Part shown: one piece after another, positions 1 to 10,702 of the stretch
Numbering within the stretch: position 1 is the first letter of the stretch
How the letters are laid out: every line of letters begins with the position of its first letter
Source: Nitrospirales bacterium
Lineage (GTDB): Bacteria; Nitrospirota; Nitrospiria; Nitrospirales; UBA8639
Direction: 5' to 3'
Length of the DNA: 64,000 nucleotides
Assembly (NCBI GenBank): GCA_963555755.3
Contig: OY820905.2
Span: forward strand, 2,944,001-3,008,000
The notes under the pieces: model-generated
Seen by the model: the letters and a program-made list of their open reading frames with translations, nothing else
Databases searched by the model: none
Told to the model about the DNA's origin: nothing
Made by a program: the position numbers and the translations under genes

Positions 1-91
1 TAACCATCGTGCACTGTGTAATTCCTGGGTTCAGGTGCTGGCTCAGGAAGGGTTGCTGTCATCAACTAATCCTCTACCATGCGTCAAATAG
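1..91 (+). CDS. 3' end of probable ribonuclease P protein component (partial)
   Basis: Open frame 2..91 ending in TAG and overlapping the yidD start. The rnpA identity is inferred only from the usual rnpA-yidD-yidC order. Confidence 0.4.
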   Translation, partial: NHRALCNSWVQVLAQEGLLSSTNPLPCVK

Positions 92-288
92 TGTTGTGGA
101 TGATTACGGTGTACCAGCGATTGATATCGCCATGGCTCGGTCCCGTTTGTCGCTTTGAACCATCGTGTTCTTGGTATACTCGTGAAGCCATTGAACGATA
201 TGGAGTCATACGAGGTATATATTTAGGGGTATTTCGGCTTTGCAAATGCCATCCGTTCCATCCTGGTGGAATCGACCCTGTTCCTTAA
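79..288 (+). CDS. yidD: Membrane protein insertion efficiency factor YidD
   Basis: [16 protein letters not shown]...[15 protein letters not shown] signature; lies upstream of yidC. Confidence 0.95.
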   Translation: MRQIVLWMITVYQRLISPWLGPVCRFEPSCSWYTREAIERYGVIRGIYLGVFRLCKCHPFHPGGIDPVP

Positions 289-406
289 GCCCACGATTGA
301 GTGCAACATCCTTCTTCCCCATACAACTTCTTGAATTATTGAATAATATGGATCCTGCTGCCAGGCTCCGATCGATAAAGGAAACAGCAAGAAAGCCTGA
401 CAAGTC

Positions 407-2134
407 ATGGAACAGCGGATCATTATTTTTCTCGTCCTTTCCCTTACAATCATTATTGGCTACGATTTTCTGCTCAAGGAATTGGGACTCCTTCCCGAGC
501 CTGTGCCGGTTGAGGAACAACAATTTCAACAACCTGATGACCAAGCTTCGTCAAATGAATTTGTAGGTCATGATTCCGGTGAAGAAATCGAAACTATTGC
601 GGAAACACGTGGCATTATCTCGTCTACCGAAACCCTTGAAGAGGTTGAAACCTCGCTCTATCGGACCTCAATCAGTAACCGTGGAGCGGAAATCCGAAGT
701 TGGAAGTTAACGCACTACCTCACTCAAGAAACCGATGATCCGGAGCCTATCGATTTTATCTACCCCGAAGGGCATTTTGCCGGCCCCCTTTCGGTTCAAG
801 TATCAGACCCTATTATCACACAGTTGTTAAAAACGGCTTTATATGAAGTCGATCGTGACTTTGACTCCTTGAGCCCGACCAGCCCTACAGGAACCATAAC
901 CTTTACTTTTCGTGATGAAGAGACGGGGATCGCTGTCCAAAAGGAGTTGACCTTTCATTATGATTCCTACCTCGTGGACGTCGTCATCAGGACTGAAGGT
1001 TTGGAAGGTGGGGTTGACGTGTTATTAGGGACCAATTTCGGTGTGGTGGAATGGGGCCAGGGATTTATTGGGGCCATTGGGCCAGCATGGATGATCGGGG
1101 AGGAGTTGGAAAAAGAATCCCCGGATCCCGAAATTCGGAAGTCAGGGGACATGCGATGGGCGGCCCTCCAAGATAAATATTTTATCAGTGTGATGATTCC
1201 GGAAGCCGCACGGGGAGTATTTGCCAAAACGGAAATGGAGCGAGTCGTGACAGCCGGGTTGGAATTCCCACCCAGTAGCGAAGAACCCAGAATTGTTTTT
1301 CAGCTCTATGCCGGCCCCAAACAATTTGATGCGATGAAGGCCCTGGGGTATGGCCTCGAGGATACCATTGATTTTGGATGGTTTATTTACGACACCTGGG
1401 ACATCGTCAGGTTCGTGGCCAAACCATTATTTTTTGTTTTGCTCTTCTTTTACGATTACACGAACAACTATGGGGTGGCCATTATCCTCCTGACAATTTG
1501 CATTAAACTCTTGTTCGTGCCGCTGCAATATAAAAGTTATAAGTCCATGCAGGGGATGCAGAAGATTCAAAAGCCAGTGCAGGCTCTGCAAAAGAAGTTT
1601 AAAGAAGACCGGGAACGGCTCAATCGCGAACTCATCAAGTTATACAAAGAACATAAGGTGAACCCGGTCGGTGGGTGTCTGCCGATGCTGCTGCAGATGC
1701 CGGCGTTTATTTCGTTGTTCAATATTTTGTATATGACCGTTGACCTCCGGCAGGCGCCGTTCATGTTGTGGATTACAGATCTCTCTGTGCCTGATCCGTT
1801 TTATGTCCTCCCGATATTGATGGGGGTCTCCATGGTCTTGCAACAAAAGATCATGCCTACGACGATGGACCCGACACAGGCCAAAATGATGCTGATGTTG
1901 CCGGTATTTTTGACGTTTCTCTTTTTGACGTTCCCGGCAGGACTCGTTCTGTATTGGTTGACGAACAATGTGCTGACCATCACGCAACAATTTGTCACGG
2001 ACCGATTTATTTTGAAGAAACCGACCTTCACGCAACCGCCGCCGGATCCACCGGACGCGATAGCGGAACCCAAGGACGACCAAAAAGGATCCAAGAAGAA
2101 AAAGGGTAAAGGGAAAGAGAAAGAGTCGGAGTAG
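407..2134 (+). CDS. yidC: Membrane protein insertase YidC
   Basis: N-terminal TM, periplasmic domain, YAGPK, IDFGWF, NPVGGCLPML, PAGLVLYW motifs. Confidence 0.97.
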   Translation: MEQRIIIFLVLSLTIIIGYDFLLKELGLLPEPVPVEEQQFQQPDDQASSNEFVGHDSGEEIETIAETRGIISSTETLEEVETSLYRTSISNRGAEIRSWKLTHYLTQETDDPEPIDFIYPEGHFAGPLSVQVSDPIITQLLKTALYEVDRDFDSLSPTSPTGTITFTFRDEETGIAVQKELTFHYDSYLVDVVIRTEGLEGGVDVLLGTNFGVVEWGQGFIGAIGPAWMIGEELEKESPDPEIRKSGDMRWAALQDKYFISVMIPEAARGVFAKTEMERVVTAGLEFPPSSEEPRIVFQLYAGPKQFDAMKALGYGLEDTIDFGWFIYDTWDIVRFVAKPLFFVLLFFYDYTNNYGVAIILLTICIKLLFVPLQYKSYKSMQGMQKIQKPVQALQKKFKEDRERLNRELIKLYKEHKVNPVGGCLPMLLQMPAFISLFNILYMTVDLRQAPFMLWITDLSVPDPFYVLPILMGVSMVLQQKIMPTTMDPTQAKMMLMLPVFLTFLFLTFPAGLVLYWLTNNVLTITQQFVTDRFILKKPTFTQPPPDPPDAIAEPKDDQKGSKKKKGKGKEKESE

Positions 2135-2152
2135 ATAAAGGGATCTCCCTCC

Positions 2153-3580
2153 ATGGAACACTCGGGAGAGGATACAATTTGTGCGATTGCCACACCGCTG
2201 GGGGAAGGTGGTGTCGGCATTGTTCGGGTCAGTGGCGAACGAGCTATCGCCATCGCTGCCAAGGTTGTCCAACCAAGAAATCACTCTCCTTTAGCACAAC
2301 TCACCAGCCATCGTTTGTATCTGAGCGATGTACTTGGTGAAAACCACACCGATGCTTCGGAATCCTGCCCTCTTGACGAAGCCTTGGTCGTCGTAATGAA
2401 AAAGCCCCATTCTTACACCGGAGAGGACGTTGTTGAAATCCAGACCCATGGTGGTCCCTTAATCCTTCAATCGACCTGTGAAGCCCTCATTCAACAAGGG
2501 GCAAGAATGGCCGAACCCGGTGAATTTACAAAGCGAGCTTTTTTGAATGGACGACTCGATCTGACCCAAGCCGAAGCGGTGCTCGACACCATAAAAGCAA
2601 CTACCTCAAGCAGCTTGCGCACGGCCCAGGGTTTATTGCGGGGAACATTACGTCGAGAGGTCGAACGCTTGAAAGAGGAACTCATCACGAATCTGGCGCA
2701 CCTTGAGGCGGGGATGGATTTTGTTGAAGAGGACATTTCCTTTATTCAGACGGCCCAGTTGGAACGTGTTTTACAAAACGCACATTCCGAGCTTCAACAA
2801 TTAATCGAAACCTTTGAAGAAGGCCGGATTGTGCGTGAGGGTATTAAAGCCGCGATTATCGGTCGTCCCAACGTTGGGAAATCCAGCTTGCTCAACGCCC
2901 TACTCAAAATGGATCGTGCTATTGTCTCTCCGGATCCCGGGACCACACGGGATGTCATTGATGAATCAGTCAATATTGCCGGAATTCCCATGCGGCTTCT
3001 CGATACAGCCGGTCTTCGACACACGGAGGATTTTGTTGAAGAAGAAGGTATTCGACGGACCAAAGAGGCTGTGGAGCAAGCCGATTTGATCTTGTTTATG
3101 ATCGATGGTTCTGTTGAACTGTCTGAGGAAGATCGTAAGCTGTTGCATGATCATGCCAAAGACCGTTGCCTTATTGTGATCAACAAAAGTGACCTTCCCA
3201 ATCAAATTAAGACGGAAGATATTTTGGCCATTGTCAGTCGAGAAGAAAAAGAAGGGCACCAACATCAGGTAGTCAGAATTTCCGCAAAAAACGAAGAGGG
3301 TTTGGATAGCCTGAAAAAAACGATTCGATCATTGTTTTTTAAAAGCAATTTTGAGCCTGGGCAAGCACTAATCGTCACTCATCTTCGACACAAGACCGCG
3401 TTGGCACAAGCTCAGGAATCGATTTCCCAAGCTCAAGGCTCTATTAAAGCTGGAATGGATGCCGAGTGCATTGCACTGGACATGCGTGCTGCATTAGACT
3501 CTCTTGGCGAAATCACCGGAGCGGTTAGCACCGAAGATATTTTGGATCGCATTTTTCGAGACTTTTGCATTGGAAAGTAA
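2153..3580 (+). CDS. mnmE: tRNA modification GTPase MnmE (TrmE)
   Basis: DTICAIAT, SYTGEDVVE, GRPNVGKSS, GTTRD, DTAG, NKSD and C-terminal FCIGK. Confidence 0.98.
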   Translation: MEHSGEDTICAIATPLGEGGVGIVRVSGERAIAIAAKVVQPRNHSPLAQLTSHRLYLSDVLGENHTDASESCPLDEALVVVMKKPHSYTGEDVVEIQTHGGPLILQSTCEALIQQGARMAEPGEFTKRAFLNGRLDLTQAEAVLDTIKATTSSSLRTAQGLLRGTLRREVERLKEELITNLAHLEAGMDFVEEDISFIQTAQLERVLQNAHSELQQLIETFEEGRIVREGIKAAIIGRPNVGKSSLLNALLKMDRAIVSPDPGTTRDVIDESVNIAGIPMRLLDTAGLRHTEDFVEEEGIRRTKEAVEQADLILFMIDGSVELSEEDRKLLHDHAKDRCLIVINKSDLPNQIKTEDILAIVSREEKEGHQHQVVRISAKNEEGLDSLKKTIRSLFFKSNFEPGQALIVTHLRHKTALAQAQESISQAQGSIKAGMDAECIALDMRAALDSLGEITGAVSTEDILDRIFRDFCIGK

Positions 3581-3594
3581 ATTACACTCGGAAT

Positions 3595-3736
3595 GTAACT
3601 ACTCAGGTTGCCTCAATTTTGATTCAGGATAAGGCGCGAGGAGCGGAAAACCGGAGCGTATATTTGTAATACGTGAGGGTTTGAGCACCACAGCAACACC
3701 GGCCTGTGGCAAAATTGAGGCAACCTGAGTAGTTAC
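3595..3736. repeat. MITE/REP-like element with perfect 27-bp terminal inverted repeats
   Basis: GTAACTACTCAGGTTGCCTCAATTTTG (3595-3621) is the exact reverse complement of 3710-3736. It fills most of the mnmE-mnmG spacer. Confidence 0.8.
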
Positions 3737-3754
3737 CTAGGAAATTAAACGTAT

Positions 3755-5641
3755 ATGTCATTGGAACGGGACATCATTGTTATTGGAGGCGGTCATGCTG
3801 GATGTGAGGCTGCGCTCGCAGGGGCACGAATGGGTTGCAGCGTTGTGCTTCTGACCATCGATGAAACCAAGATCGCCCAAATGCCTTGCAATCCGGCTAT
3901 CGGTGGAATCGCCAAAGGCCACTTGGTCAAGGAAATCGATGCACTAGGGGGAGAAATGGGTCTTAACACCGATAAGGCGGGGATTCAGTTTCGCATTCTC
4001 AACACGCGAAAAGGTCCAGCCGTGCGGGCAACAAGAGTCCAGTGCGACAAGGCATTATACCGAACCGCCATGCAGGATACTTTGAAGGAACAAGCGGGTT
4101 TGGAAATCGTGGTTGGGACGGCAGTGCAGATTTTAACCAATGGTGGTGCGGTCATTGGTGTGGTGACGAACACAGGAGAAACTATTCATGCCAAGGCCAT
4201 TATCATTACGTCTGGAACATTTCTGAAAGGGTTGATGCACATTGGGTTGAATCATCTTCCTGGCGGACGAGCCGGTGAAGCGCCATCAGAGCATTTGTCC
4301 GATTGCATGAGGGACTTTGGGTTTGAAGTGGGTCGTCTTAAAACCGGCACTCCTCCTAGGGTAGACAGAGATTCCATTAATTTTGATGTCATGCAGGAAC
4401 AACCAGGAGATCCTTCGCCACGACCGTTTTCTTTTCGAACAAAAATAATTTCCAATCCTCAAATCTGCTGCCATTTAACGACGACAACAGAGGAAACCCA
4501 TGATATCATTCGTAAAAATCTGGATCGTTCGCCGATGTATTCTGGGATCATCGAATCCGTAGGCCCACGATATTGCCCCTCAATTGAAGATAAAGTGGTG
4601 AGATTTGCGGATAAATCAAGCCACCAGATTTTTCTTGAACCCGAAGAATTGAATTCAAATTCGTTTTACCCTAACGGGATCTCGACAAGCCTGCCAGTTG
4701 ATGTGCAGTCCGCCATGCTAAAAACCATTCCAGGTCTCGAACATGCGAAGATGCTGAAACCCGGGTACGCTATTGAGTACGATTATTTTCCTCCACGGCA
4801 GCTTCATCCCACACTCGAAACCAAACTGGTGAAGGGCTTGTATCACGCCGGACAAATAAATGGCACTTCAGGGTATGAAGAGGCGGCGGCGCAAGGTCTC
4901 ATGGCTGGTATCAATGCAGCATTACGTGTGAAAGACATAGATCCGCTTATTCTTGACCGTTCCCAAGCCTACATTGGTGTGCTCATTGATGATTTAATCA
5001 CCAAAGATGCGCGGGAGCCCTACCGAATGTTTACGTCCAGGGCCGAATATCGCTTGTCCCTTCGGGAGGACAATGCTGATTCTCGCCTTATGGAAATAGG
5101 GCATGGTTTAGGTTTGGTGGGAAAAGGTATTTTTCATGAATTTCTTAAAAAACAGGAAACGACGCAAAAAGAAGTCACTCGCCTGAATCACACCCGCCCT
5201 AATTGGAATTCTGAAACGGAACAACGGTGGCAAATGTTTGAGGCAATTCTCCCCGATCCTGGCCATACTTTGGGTCAATTACTCAGACGTCCTGAGATTT
5301 CCTATGCCCAATTGTGCGAAATCGATGGCCATTGTCCAGTTGAAGATGCAACCATTCAGGAATCTATTGAAATTATCATAAAATATGAAGGGTATATCAC
5401 GCGGCAACTCCAACATATTGAAAAATTTAAGAAATTAGAAAAAAAATCAATTCCAGAAAACTTTTCCTACGATGATATCAGCGGATTTTCCAATGAAGTT
5501 GCCGAAAAACTGTCCAAGATCAGACCGGCTTCGGTTGGTCAAGCTTCGAGGATATCCGGAATAACTCCCGCAGCAATTTCTCTCCTTCTTGTTTCTTTGG
5601 AAAGACAAAAAAGAATCAAGCAGACATCGCAAACCATGTAA
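3755..5641 (+). CDS. mnmG: tRNA uridine-5-carboxymethylaminomethyl(34) synthesis enzyme MnmG (GidA)
   Basis: [53 protein letters not shown]. Confidence 0.98.
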   Translation: MSLERDIIVIGGGHAGCEAALAGARMGCSVVLLTIDETKIAQMPCNPAIGGIAKGHLVKEIDALGGEMGLNTDKAGIQFRILNTRKGPAVRATRVQCDKALYRTAMQDTLKEQAGLEIVVGTAVQILTNGGAVIGVVTNTGETIHAKAIIITSGTFLKGLMHIGLNHLPGGRAGEAPSEHLSDCMRDFGFEVGRLKTGTPPRVDRDSINFDVMQEQPGDPSPRPFSFRTKIISNPQICCHLTTTTEETHDIIRKNLDRSPMYSGIIESVGPRYCPSIEDKVVRFADKSSHQIFLEPEELNSNSFYPNGISTSLPVDVQSAMLKTIPGLEHAKMLKPGYAIEYDYFPPRQLHPTLETKLVKGLYHAGQINGTSGYEEAAAQGLMAGINAALRVKDIDPLILDRSQAYIGVLIDDLITKDAREPYRMFTSRAEYRLSLREDNADSRLMEIGHGLGLVGKGIFHEFLKKQETTQKEVTRLNHTRPNWNSETEQRWQMFEAILPDPGHTLGQLLRRPEISYAQLCEIDGHCPVEDATIQESIEIIIKYEGYITRQLQHIEKFKKLEKKSIPENFSYDDISGFSNEVAEKLSKIRPASVGQASRISGITPAAISLLLVSLERQKRIKQTSQTM

Positions 5642-5680
5642 ATGCTTTGATTCCTTTCTGATCACGATACTCTTCAAAAT

Positions 5681-5696
5681 TGTTCCACGTGGAACA
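5681..5696. promoter_or_regulatory. parS centromere-like site
   Basis: Perfect palindrome TGTTCCACGTGGAACA matching the bacterial parS consensus; ~1 kb upstream of parA. Confidence 0.93.
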
Positions 5697-5703
5697 TTGC
5701 ACA

Positions 5704-6354
5704 ATGCCTAGTCTTTCCCACTTTGATCTTATTGAACAGGAATCCCTTAAAATAGGATGCCAATTAACCAAGGAATCCTGTGAGCAGTTTGAATGGTATT
5801 TTCGTGAACTTGTAAGGTGGAATAAAAAAATTAATCTAATTGGACACCAAAAAGAAAAAGATATCATCGCTAATTTATTTATTGACTCCTTGGCCTTTCG
5901 GAAGGTTTTAAATGACGAATTGCCTAGTTCTGTCTTGGATATTGGAAGCGGAGCGGGTTTTCCTGGATTGCCATTGAAAATTTCAGAACCGAACATTTCC
6001 GTGACCTTAGTTGAGCCAAATTTAAAAAAAGTGGCATTTCTTCATCACATAATTGGGTCTTTGGGATTGAAAAGCGTTCATGTAGAAGCCAAGCGCATAG
6101 AAGAAATGCCGAATTTTATACAATTTCAAAAGGCCTACGATTGGATTTGTCTTAAGGCATTGAGATACGACATATGTTTGCCGTATGTTAGGCCGTTATT
6201 GAGTGAAAGAGGGAAGGTTGTGTTGAGTCGCTCCAAAAAACACGAAACCTTGCCAGATATGATGGGTTTTACCGTCCAAAAAGAAGTTTGTTATCAATTA
6301 CCATTTGGGTTTGGGGAGCGAGTTTTGATAGTACTGGGTCTAACCTCGGCTTAG
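5704..6354 (+). CDS. rsmG: 16S rRNA m7G527 methyltransferase RsmG (GidB)
   Basis: WNKKINL, DIGSGAGFPG, KKVAFL; follows mnmG. Start moved to the in-frame ATG at 5704 because the longer ORF just reads through parS. Confidence 0.93.
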   Translation: MPSLSHFDLIEQESLKIGCQLTKESCEQFEWYFRELVRWNKKINLIGHQKEKDIIANLFIDSLAFRKVLNDELPSSVLDIGSGAGFPGLPLKISEPNISVTLVEPNLKKVAFLHHIIGSLGLKSVHVEAKRIEEMPNFIQFQKAYDWICLKALRYDICLPYVRPLLSERGKVVLSRSKKHETLPDMMGFTVQKEVCYQLPFGFGERVLIVLGLTSA

Positions 6355-6513
6355 GGCTCGCGCAAAAATAACTTCCCATGTTTGGGCGTCGATCCATCCC
6401 GTCTGGCGGCGTTGCTCGTCCTTTCCATACGAGGAGTATGAGCAGTCCTCTCGCCTTGCCAGGCGGGTGTCTCAGCACCCAAACATGGGAAGTTATTCTC
6501 GCGCGAACCCTTA
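6352..6513. repeat. MITE/REP-like element with ~35-bp imperfect terminal inverted repeats
   Basis: The perfect 20-bp core AATAACTTCCCATGTTTGGG (6367-6386) pairs with 6478-6497. Outer arms are AGGGCTCGCGC / GCGCGAACCCT. Confidence 0.75.
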
Positions 6514-6518
6514 GGAAA

Positions 6519-6534
6519 TGTTCCACGTGGAACA
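6519..6534. promoter_or_regulatory. parS centromere-like site
   Basis: TGTTCCACGTGGAACA, embedded in a 30-bp perfect palindrome (6512-6541), directly upstream of parA. Confidence 0.95.
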
Positions 6535-6662
6535 TTTCCTATAAACAGCTTCAAAAAAGATTGAAACTGCTGAGGGGGATAGACTGAATGTCGAAGCCTT
6601 TTTGGCCTTCAGTCTTGATCCTGCAGCCTAAATACCTAAGTTAAAAAAGCTTCATTATTTCA

Positions 6663-7433
6663 ATGGCTAAGATCATCGCAGTTGCGAATCAAAAGGGTGG
6701 AGTTGGTAAAACCACCACATCGGTGAATCTGGCTGCTGCACTGGCGATTTCTCAAAAGGCTGTGTTACTCATCGATCTCGATCCTCAAGCCAATGCTACC
6801 GGTGGACTTGGGATTGAAAGCCCTAAAAAGGTTATTTATGATTGTTTGATAAAAAAGGATCAAGCCAAGACAGCTATTGTTCCAACCCAGATACCAGAGT
6901 TACACATTCTTCCCTCCGGGCCTGACCTTGCAGGTGCAGAAGTCGAGTTGGCCGATGTGGCAGATCGAGAGTACGCCCTGCAACACGTGGTCGCGGAGGT
7001 GAGCGATCAGTATGATTTTATTATTGTCGATTGCCCCCCAGCTTTGGGCCTGTTGACGGTGAATGCCCTTACGGCAGCCCATTCAGTACTTATCCCCGTC
7101 CAGTGCGAATATTACGCAATGGAGGGATTGGGCAGTTTGATCTCCAATATTGATCGTGTTCGTGATTCCTTTAACCCACGGTTGGTATTAGAAGGTATTC
7201 TGTTGACGATGTGGGATGCCAGACTCACCCTTTCCAAGCAAGTGTCAGAGGAAGTGAGAAAGTTTTTTGGTCGAAAAGTCTACCAATCAATAATCCCACG
7301 AAACGTGGCCTTAGCAGAGGCCCCCAGTTATGGCCGGCCTGGTCTTTTGTATAATGCAGCCTCTGCAGGGTCGAAAGCCTACATCGAAATGTGTAAGGAG
7401 TTGTTAGGAAATGGAGAAAAAAGCTTTAGGTAA
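6663..7433 (+). CDS. parA: Chromosome partitioning ATPase ParA/Soj
   Basis: Deviant Walker A NQKGGVGKTT, DLDPQAN, DCPP, PVQCEYYA, LAEAPSYG. Confidence 0.97.
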   Translation: MAKIIAVANQKGGVGKTTTSVNLAAALAISQKAVLLIDLDPQANATGGLGIESPKKVIYDCLIKKDQAKTAIVPTQIPELHILPSGPDLAGAEVELADVADREYALQHVVAEVSDQYDFIIVDCPPALGLLTVNALTAAHSVLIPVQCEYYAMEGLGSLISNIDRVRDSFNPRLVLEGILLTMWDARLTLSKQVSEEVRKFFGRKVYQSIIPRNVALAEAPSYGRPGLLYNAASAGSKAYIEMCKELLGNGEKSFR

Positions 7434-8271
7434 GGGGCTTGGAGCATTATTGCCAGGCCATGACCCACGCTCTTCGGGATCAGACCAGGTCATCCAAATG
7501 GTCCCGATCACGCAGATTGTACCGAATCGATTCCAGCCACGAAAAACGTTTTTGCAAGAAGATTTAGAAAGTTTGGCTGAATCGATCCGACAAAATGGGC
7601 TTCTTCAACCAATTTTAGTGCGAAGAAAAGGTGATGGTGTTTATGAGCTCATTGCCGGTGAACGCCGCTTCCGATCGGCCAAATTAGCCAATCTATCAAC
7701 CGTGCCGGTCATTGTTCGTAATACGAAGGATTACGAATCCACGGTATTGGCCCTTGTTGAGAATATACAACGAAAAAATTTGAATCCAATGGAAGAAGCC
7801 CATGCCTATACGAAATTAATTGAGGAATTTGGTTTAACACAGGAAATTGTGGCCGAACGAGTGGGCCGGGAGCGGTCCTCTTTTGCCAATATTTTAAGAC
7901 TAGTAACTTTACCTAGTGAAATACAACAGTTGATACGGTCAGAAGGACTGACGCTCGGCCATGCCAAAGTCATTTTGGGTATTCGAAACTCCCAGACACA
8001 AATCACCGTTGCCAAAAAGGTTCTTCGCGATCAACTGTCAGTCCGCGATTTGGAGCGGTTGATAAAAACAAGCTCGACCGGGTTAAAAAAGGATTCGAAA
8101 AAGACAGAACCATCTGGGTCTCACAGTCGTTACTCGACTGTCGAAGAGCAACTTCGAAAACAATTGGGAACCAAGGTAGCTATTCGATCGCGAAAGCGAG
8201 GAGGAGAGTTGACAGTGACCTACTATTCAGACGAGGATCTCACTCGCATTGTGGACGTGATTTTAACGTAA
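7411..8271 (+). CDS. parB: Chromosome partitioning protein ParB/Spo0J
   Basis: KALGKGLGAL, QPRK, IAGERRFR, ENIQRKNL; overlaps the parA end. Confidence 0.97.
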   Translation: MEKKALGKGLGALLPGHDPRSSGSDQVIQMVPITQIVPNRFQPRKTFLQEDLESLAESIRQNGLLQPILVRRKGDGVYELIAGERRFRSAKLANLSTVPVIVRNTKDYESTVLALVENIQRKNLNPMEEAHAYTKLIEEFGLTQEIVAERVGRERSSFANILRLVTLPSEIQQLIRSEGLTLGHAKVILGIRNSQTQITVAKKVLRDQLSVRDLERLIKTSSTGLKKDSKKTEPSGSHSRYSTVEEQLRKQLGTKVAIRSRKRGGELTVTYYSDEDLTRIVDVILT

Positions 8272-8364
8272 AAATTCGGTAGGCTATACACCCGAGGGAA
8301 GAAGGAATGTTTTCAGACGTGACAGAATATTTTTTATTTTCACCACATCGAAGGAGGGACGACC

Positions 8365-8859
8365 ATGTTTGGGAGGAATAGTGATTCAGATAATAGCTCG
8401 ACGGTATCGACAGGGTTTTCCCTATCCGATTCATCACGGAGTCAATCAGGTAATGATAAGGTTTTTGATCAGAGTCAAGATGTCAGTGCGTTTGTCGGTG
8501 AAGGCGTCGAATTTAAAGGTGTGATTAGTTACCAAGGGACGGTTCGCCTTGATGGACAATTAGAAGGGGAAATTCACACGGACGACGTTCTCATTGTTGG
8601 CAAAACCGCGGTGATCGATGCCAAAGTGGAAGCCGGGACGATTATCTGCCAGGGAAGAATCCTCGGGAACATTGTCGCGAGAGAAAAAATTCAACTCATG
8701 TCCCCCGCAGTGTTAAACGGATCAGTCAGGACACCGTCTCTGTCCATGGAAGAAGGCGTGTTGTTTAACGGAACATGTGAAATGGGTCCAGTGACGAAAA
8801 GTTCGAGCTATAGTCAAGAAAAGGTGAGTGCGTACGACGATAGTTTGAAAGCAGTGTAA
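8365..8859 (+). CDS. Bactofilin (polymer-forming cytoskeletal protein)
   Basis: Beta-helical pattern FVGEGVEFKG...VRLDG.LEGEI...LSMEEGVLFNGTC.M; RBS GGAGG. Confidence 0.9.
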   Translation: MFGRNSDSDNSSTVSTGFSLSDSSRSQSGNDKVFDQSQDVSAFVGEGVEFKGVISYQGTVRLDGQLEGEIHTDDVLIVGKTAVIDAKVEAGTIICQGRILGNIVAREKIQLMSPAVLNGSVRTPSLSMEEGVLFNGTCEMGPVTKSSSYSQEKVSAYDDSLKAV

Positions 8860-8960
8860 GTCGGATTCCAGACGAAACACGATGGCCAAATATTTTGAGA
8901 GTTTGGCCAATTAGCTCCTAAACGTGAGCCTTTCCAAACGTAAAGGCTGAGGAGGCATTT

Positions 8961-9419
8961 ATGTGGGGCGATAAAGACGAGAAAAAAAAGAGGGACACGA
9001 TCTTTGAAGAAGATCATTATACCTTCCTAGGGAAAGGCGTTAATTTTAAAGGGAAAGCCAATTTCGATGGAACGGTACGAATTGATGGTCACTTCGAAGG
9101 TGAGCTCACCACAAGGGACACCTTGATTATTGGGGAACATGCTGTGATCAAAGGGTCGATAGCCGGTGGCGTTATCGTGTCCGGTGGAAAAGTCGAAGGC
9201 AACATCGTCGCGTCAAAAAAAGTTCACCTTTTGAAGCCTGCCGTCTTAATTGGAGATGTCCACTCACCATCGTTTTCCATGGAAGAAGGTGTCTTGTTCC
9301 AAGGGGTGTGTGACATGGGTATCAGTCAGCTTGACGATCTGAATTCCTCCACTGCCATGGAAAATGTTCACGATCTCAATGCCCACCGAGATCACAAATT
9401 CCTTTCTCAGGAAGCGTAA
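8961..9419 (+). CDS. Bactofilin (second paralog)
   Basis: FLGKGVNFKG...VRIDGHFEG...FSMEEGVLFQGVC.M; RBS GAGGAGG. Confidence 0.9.
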   Translation: MWGDKDEKKKRDTIFEEDHYTFLGKGVNFKGKANFDGTVRIDGHFEGELTTRDTLIIGEHAVIKGSIAGGVIVSGGKVEGNIVASKKVHLLKPAVLIGDVHSPSFSMEEGVLFQGVCDMGISQLDDLNSSTAMENVHDLNAHRDHKFLSQEA

Positions 9420-9426
9420 TCCCATC

Positions 9427-10578
9427 ATGTCACGACCAACAGTCCTTCTTGGAATGAGTGGAGGCGTGGATAGCTCTGTCGCGGCTCTTCTTCTCACGGA
9501 ACAGGGTTATGACGTTCGTGGTGTCACCCTCCAAGTGTGGGAGCAGGAAGATGAAACCGTAGCGGTCACCAAGAAATGGCAGGAGCGGGGTTGCTGTAAA
9601 GTTGGGCTCGCCCGCCATGTGGCTAAACAATTGGATATCCCTCACGAAGTGGTTGATACTCGTGAAGCCTTTCAGAAAGGCGTGATCGACGATTTTGTCT
9701 CTGGATATTTATCAGGCGAAACCCCCAATCCCTGTGTGCGATGCAATGAGCGAATTAAGTTTGGCATGTTGTACCAACTCGCCCAAGCCCGAGGGATAGC
9801 CTATGTGGCCACAGGCCATTACGCCCGCATTCAGTCCACGACCCAAGGGTATTTCCTTTTCAAAGGGATCGATTTCAAAAAAGACCAATCCTATTTTCTA
9901 TACCGTATTTCACCAACCTGGTTGCCACACATTGTGTTTCCCGTAGGTCACTTGCACAAAACCGAAGTGTGGGCGAAAGCCGAAGAATTGGATCTTCCCC
10001 TTGAGGAAATGCACGAAAGCCAAGAAATTTGTTTTGTGACCCAAGGAGACTATCGAGAATTTATTAAGATTGAAGCCCCGCAAGCGAATCGTCCTGGGTC
10101 ATTTGTGGATTCCCAAGGCCAATACCTTGGAGAGCATCGCGGAATTGCCTTTTATACTCAAGGCCAACGAAAGGGCCTGGGCCTTGCCACCGGAGAACGG
10201 TTGTATGTTCAACATGTCGTTCCGGAGGCCAATACCGTCGTCCTTGGAAAGGAAGACACATTGCTGCAGCAAGAATGTCTCGTGAGGGAGATAATCTGGC
10301 ATGGCGATACCGTGCCAATGGAAACTCAGTCCGTCTGGGTTAAATATCGCTATGCGTCTCCGGCCGTCCCCGCAAAGCTTTTCCACGAATCAAAAGGAAT
10401 CATGAAGGTGCAGTTTGAGACCCCACAGAAGGCATTGAGTCCCGGACAATCTGCCGTGTTTTATGAAAGAGACCAGGTGCTTGGAGGGGGAATTATTCAA
10501 CGAACCCAAATCCAACCGGGGGCACCCCCCCAGCTGACGGAAACGACCACCGGTCAATTCGCAAGTCGAGTCTCATAA
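9427..10578 (+). CDS. mnmA: tRNA 2-thiouridylase MnmA
   Basis: MSGGVDSSV, TPNPCVRCN, ATGHY, KDQSYFL, SQEICF, GQRKGL, PGQSAVFY. The likely start is ATG 9427. Confidence 0.97.
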   Translation: MSRPTVLLGMSGGVDSSVAALLLTEQGYDVRGVTLQVWEQEDETVAVTKKWQERGCCKVGLARHVAKQLDIPHEVVDTREAFQKGVIDDFVSGYLSGETPNPCVRCNERIKFGMLYQLAQARGIAYVATGHYARIQSTTQGYFLFKGIDFKKDQSYFLYRISPTWLPHIVFPVGHLHKTEVWAKAEELDLPLEEMHESQEICFVTQGDYREFIKIEAPQANRPGSFVDSQGQYLGEHRGIAFYTQGQRKGLGLATGERLYVQHVVPEANTVVLGKEDTLLQQECLVREIIWHGDTVPMETQSVWVKYRYASPAVPAKLFHESKGIMKVQFETPQKALSPGQSAVFYERDQVLGGGIIQRTQIQPGAPPQLTETTTGQFASRVS

Positions 10579-10702
10579 ATTCGCTCCAAGTGGTTGAATG
10601 ATTTGACACTCATGTAATCACATGATACCGTTCTGCGTTTTTTTGGTATTGCGCCGAGCGCAAGGGCTGTTGTTCTGCCTTCATCAAATACGCGACTAAA
10701 TT

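Noticed and set aside
5680..5703. ORF starts reading MFHVEH (also the minus-strand ORF 6269-6535)
   Set aside because: This is just the translation of the parS palindrome, not a protein motif.
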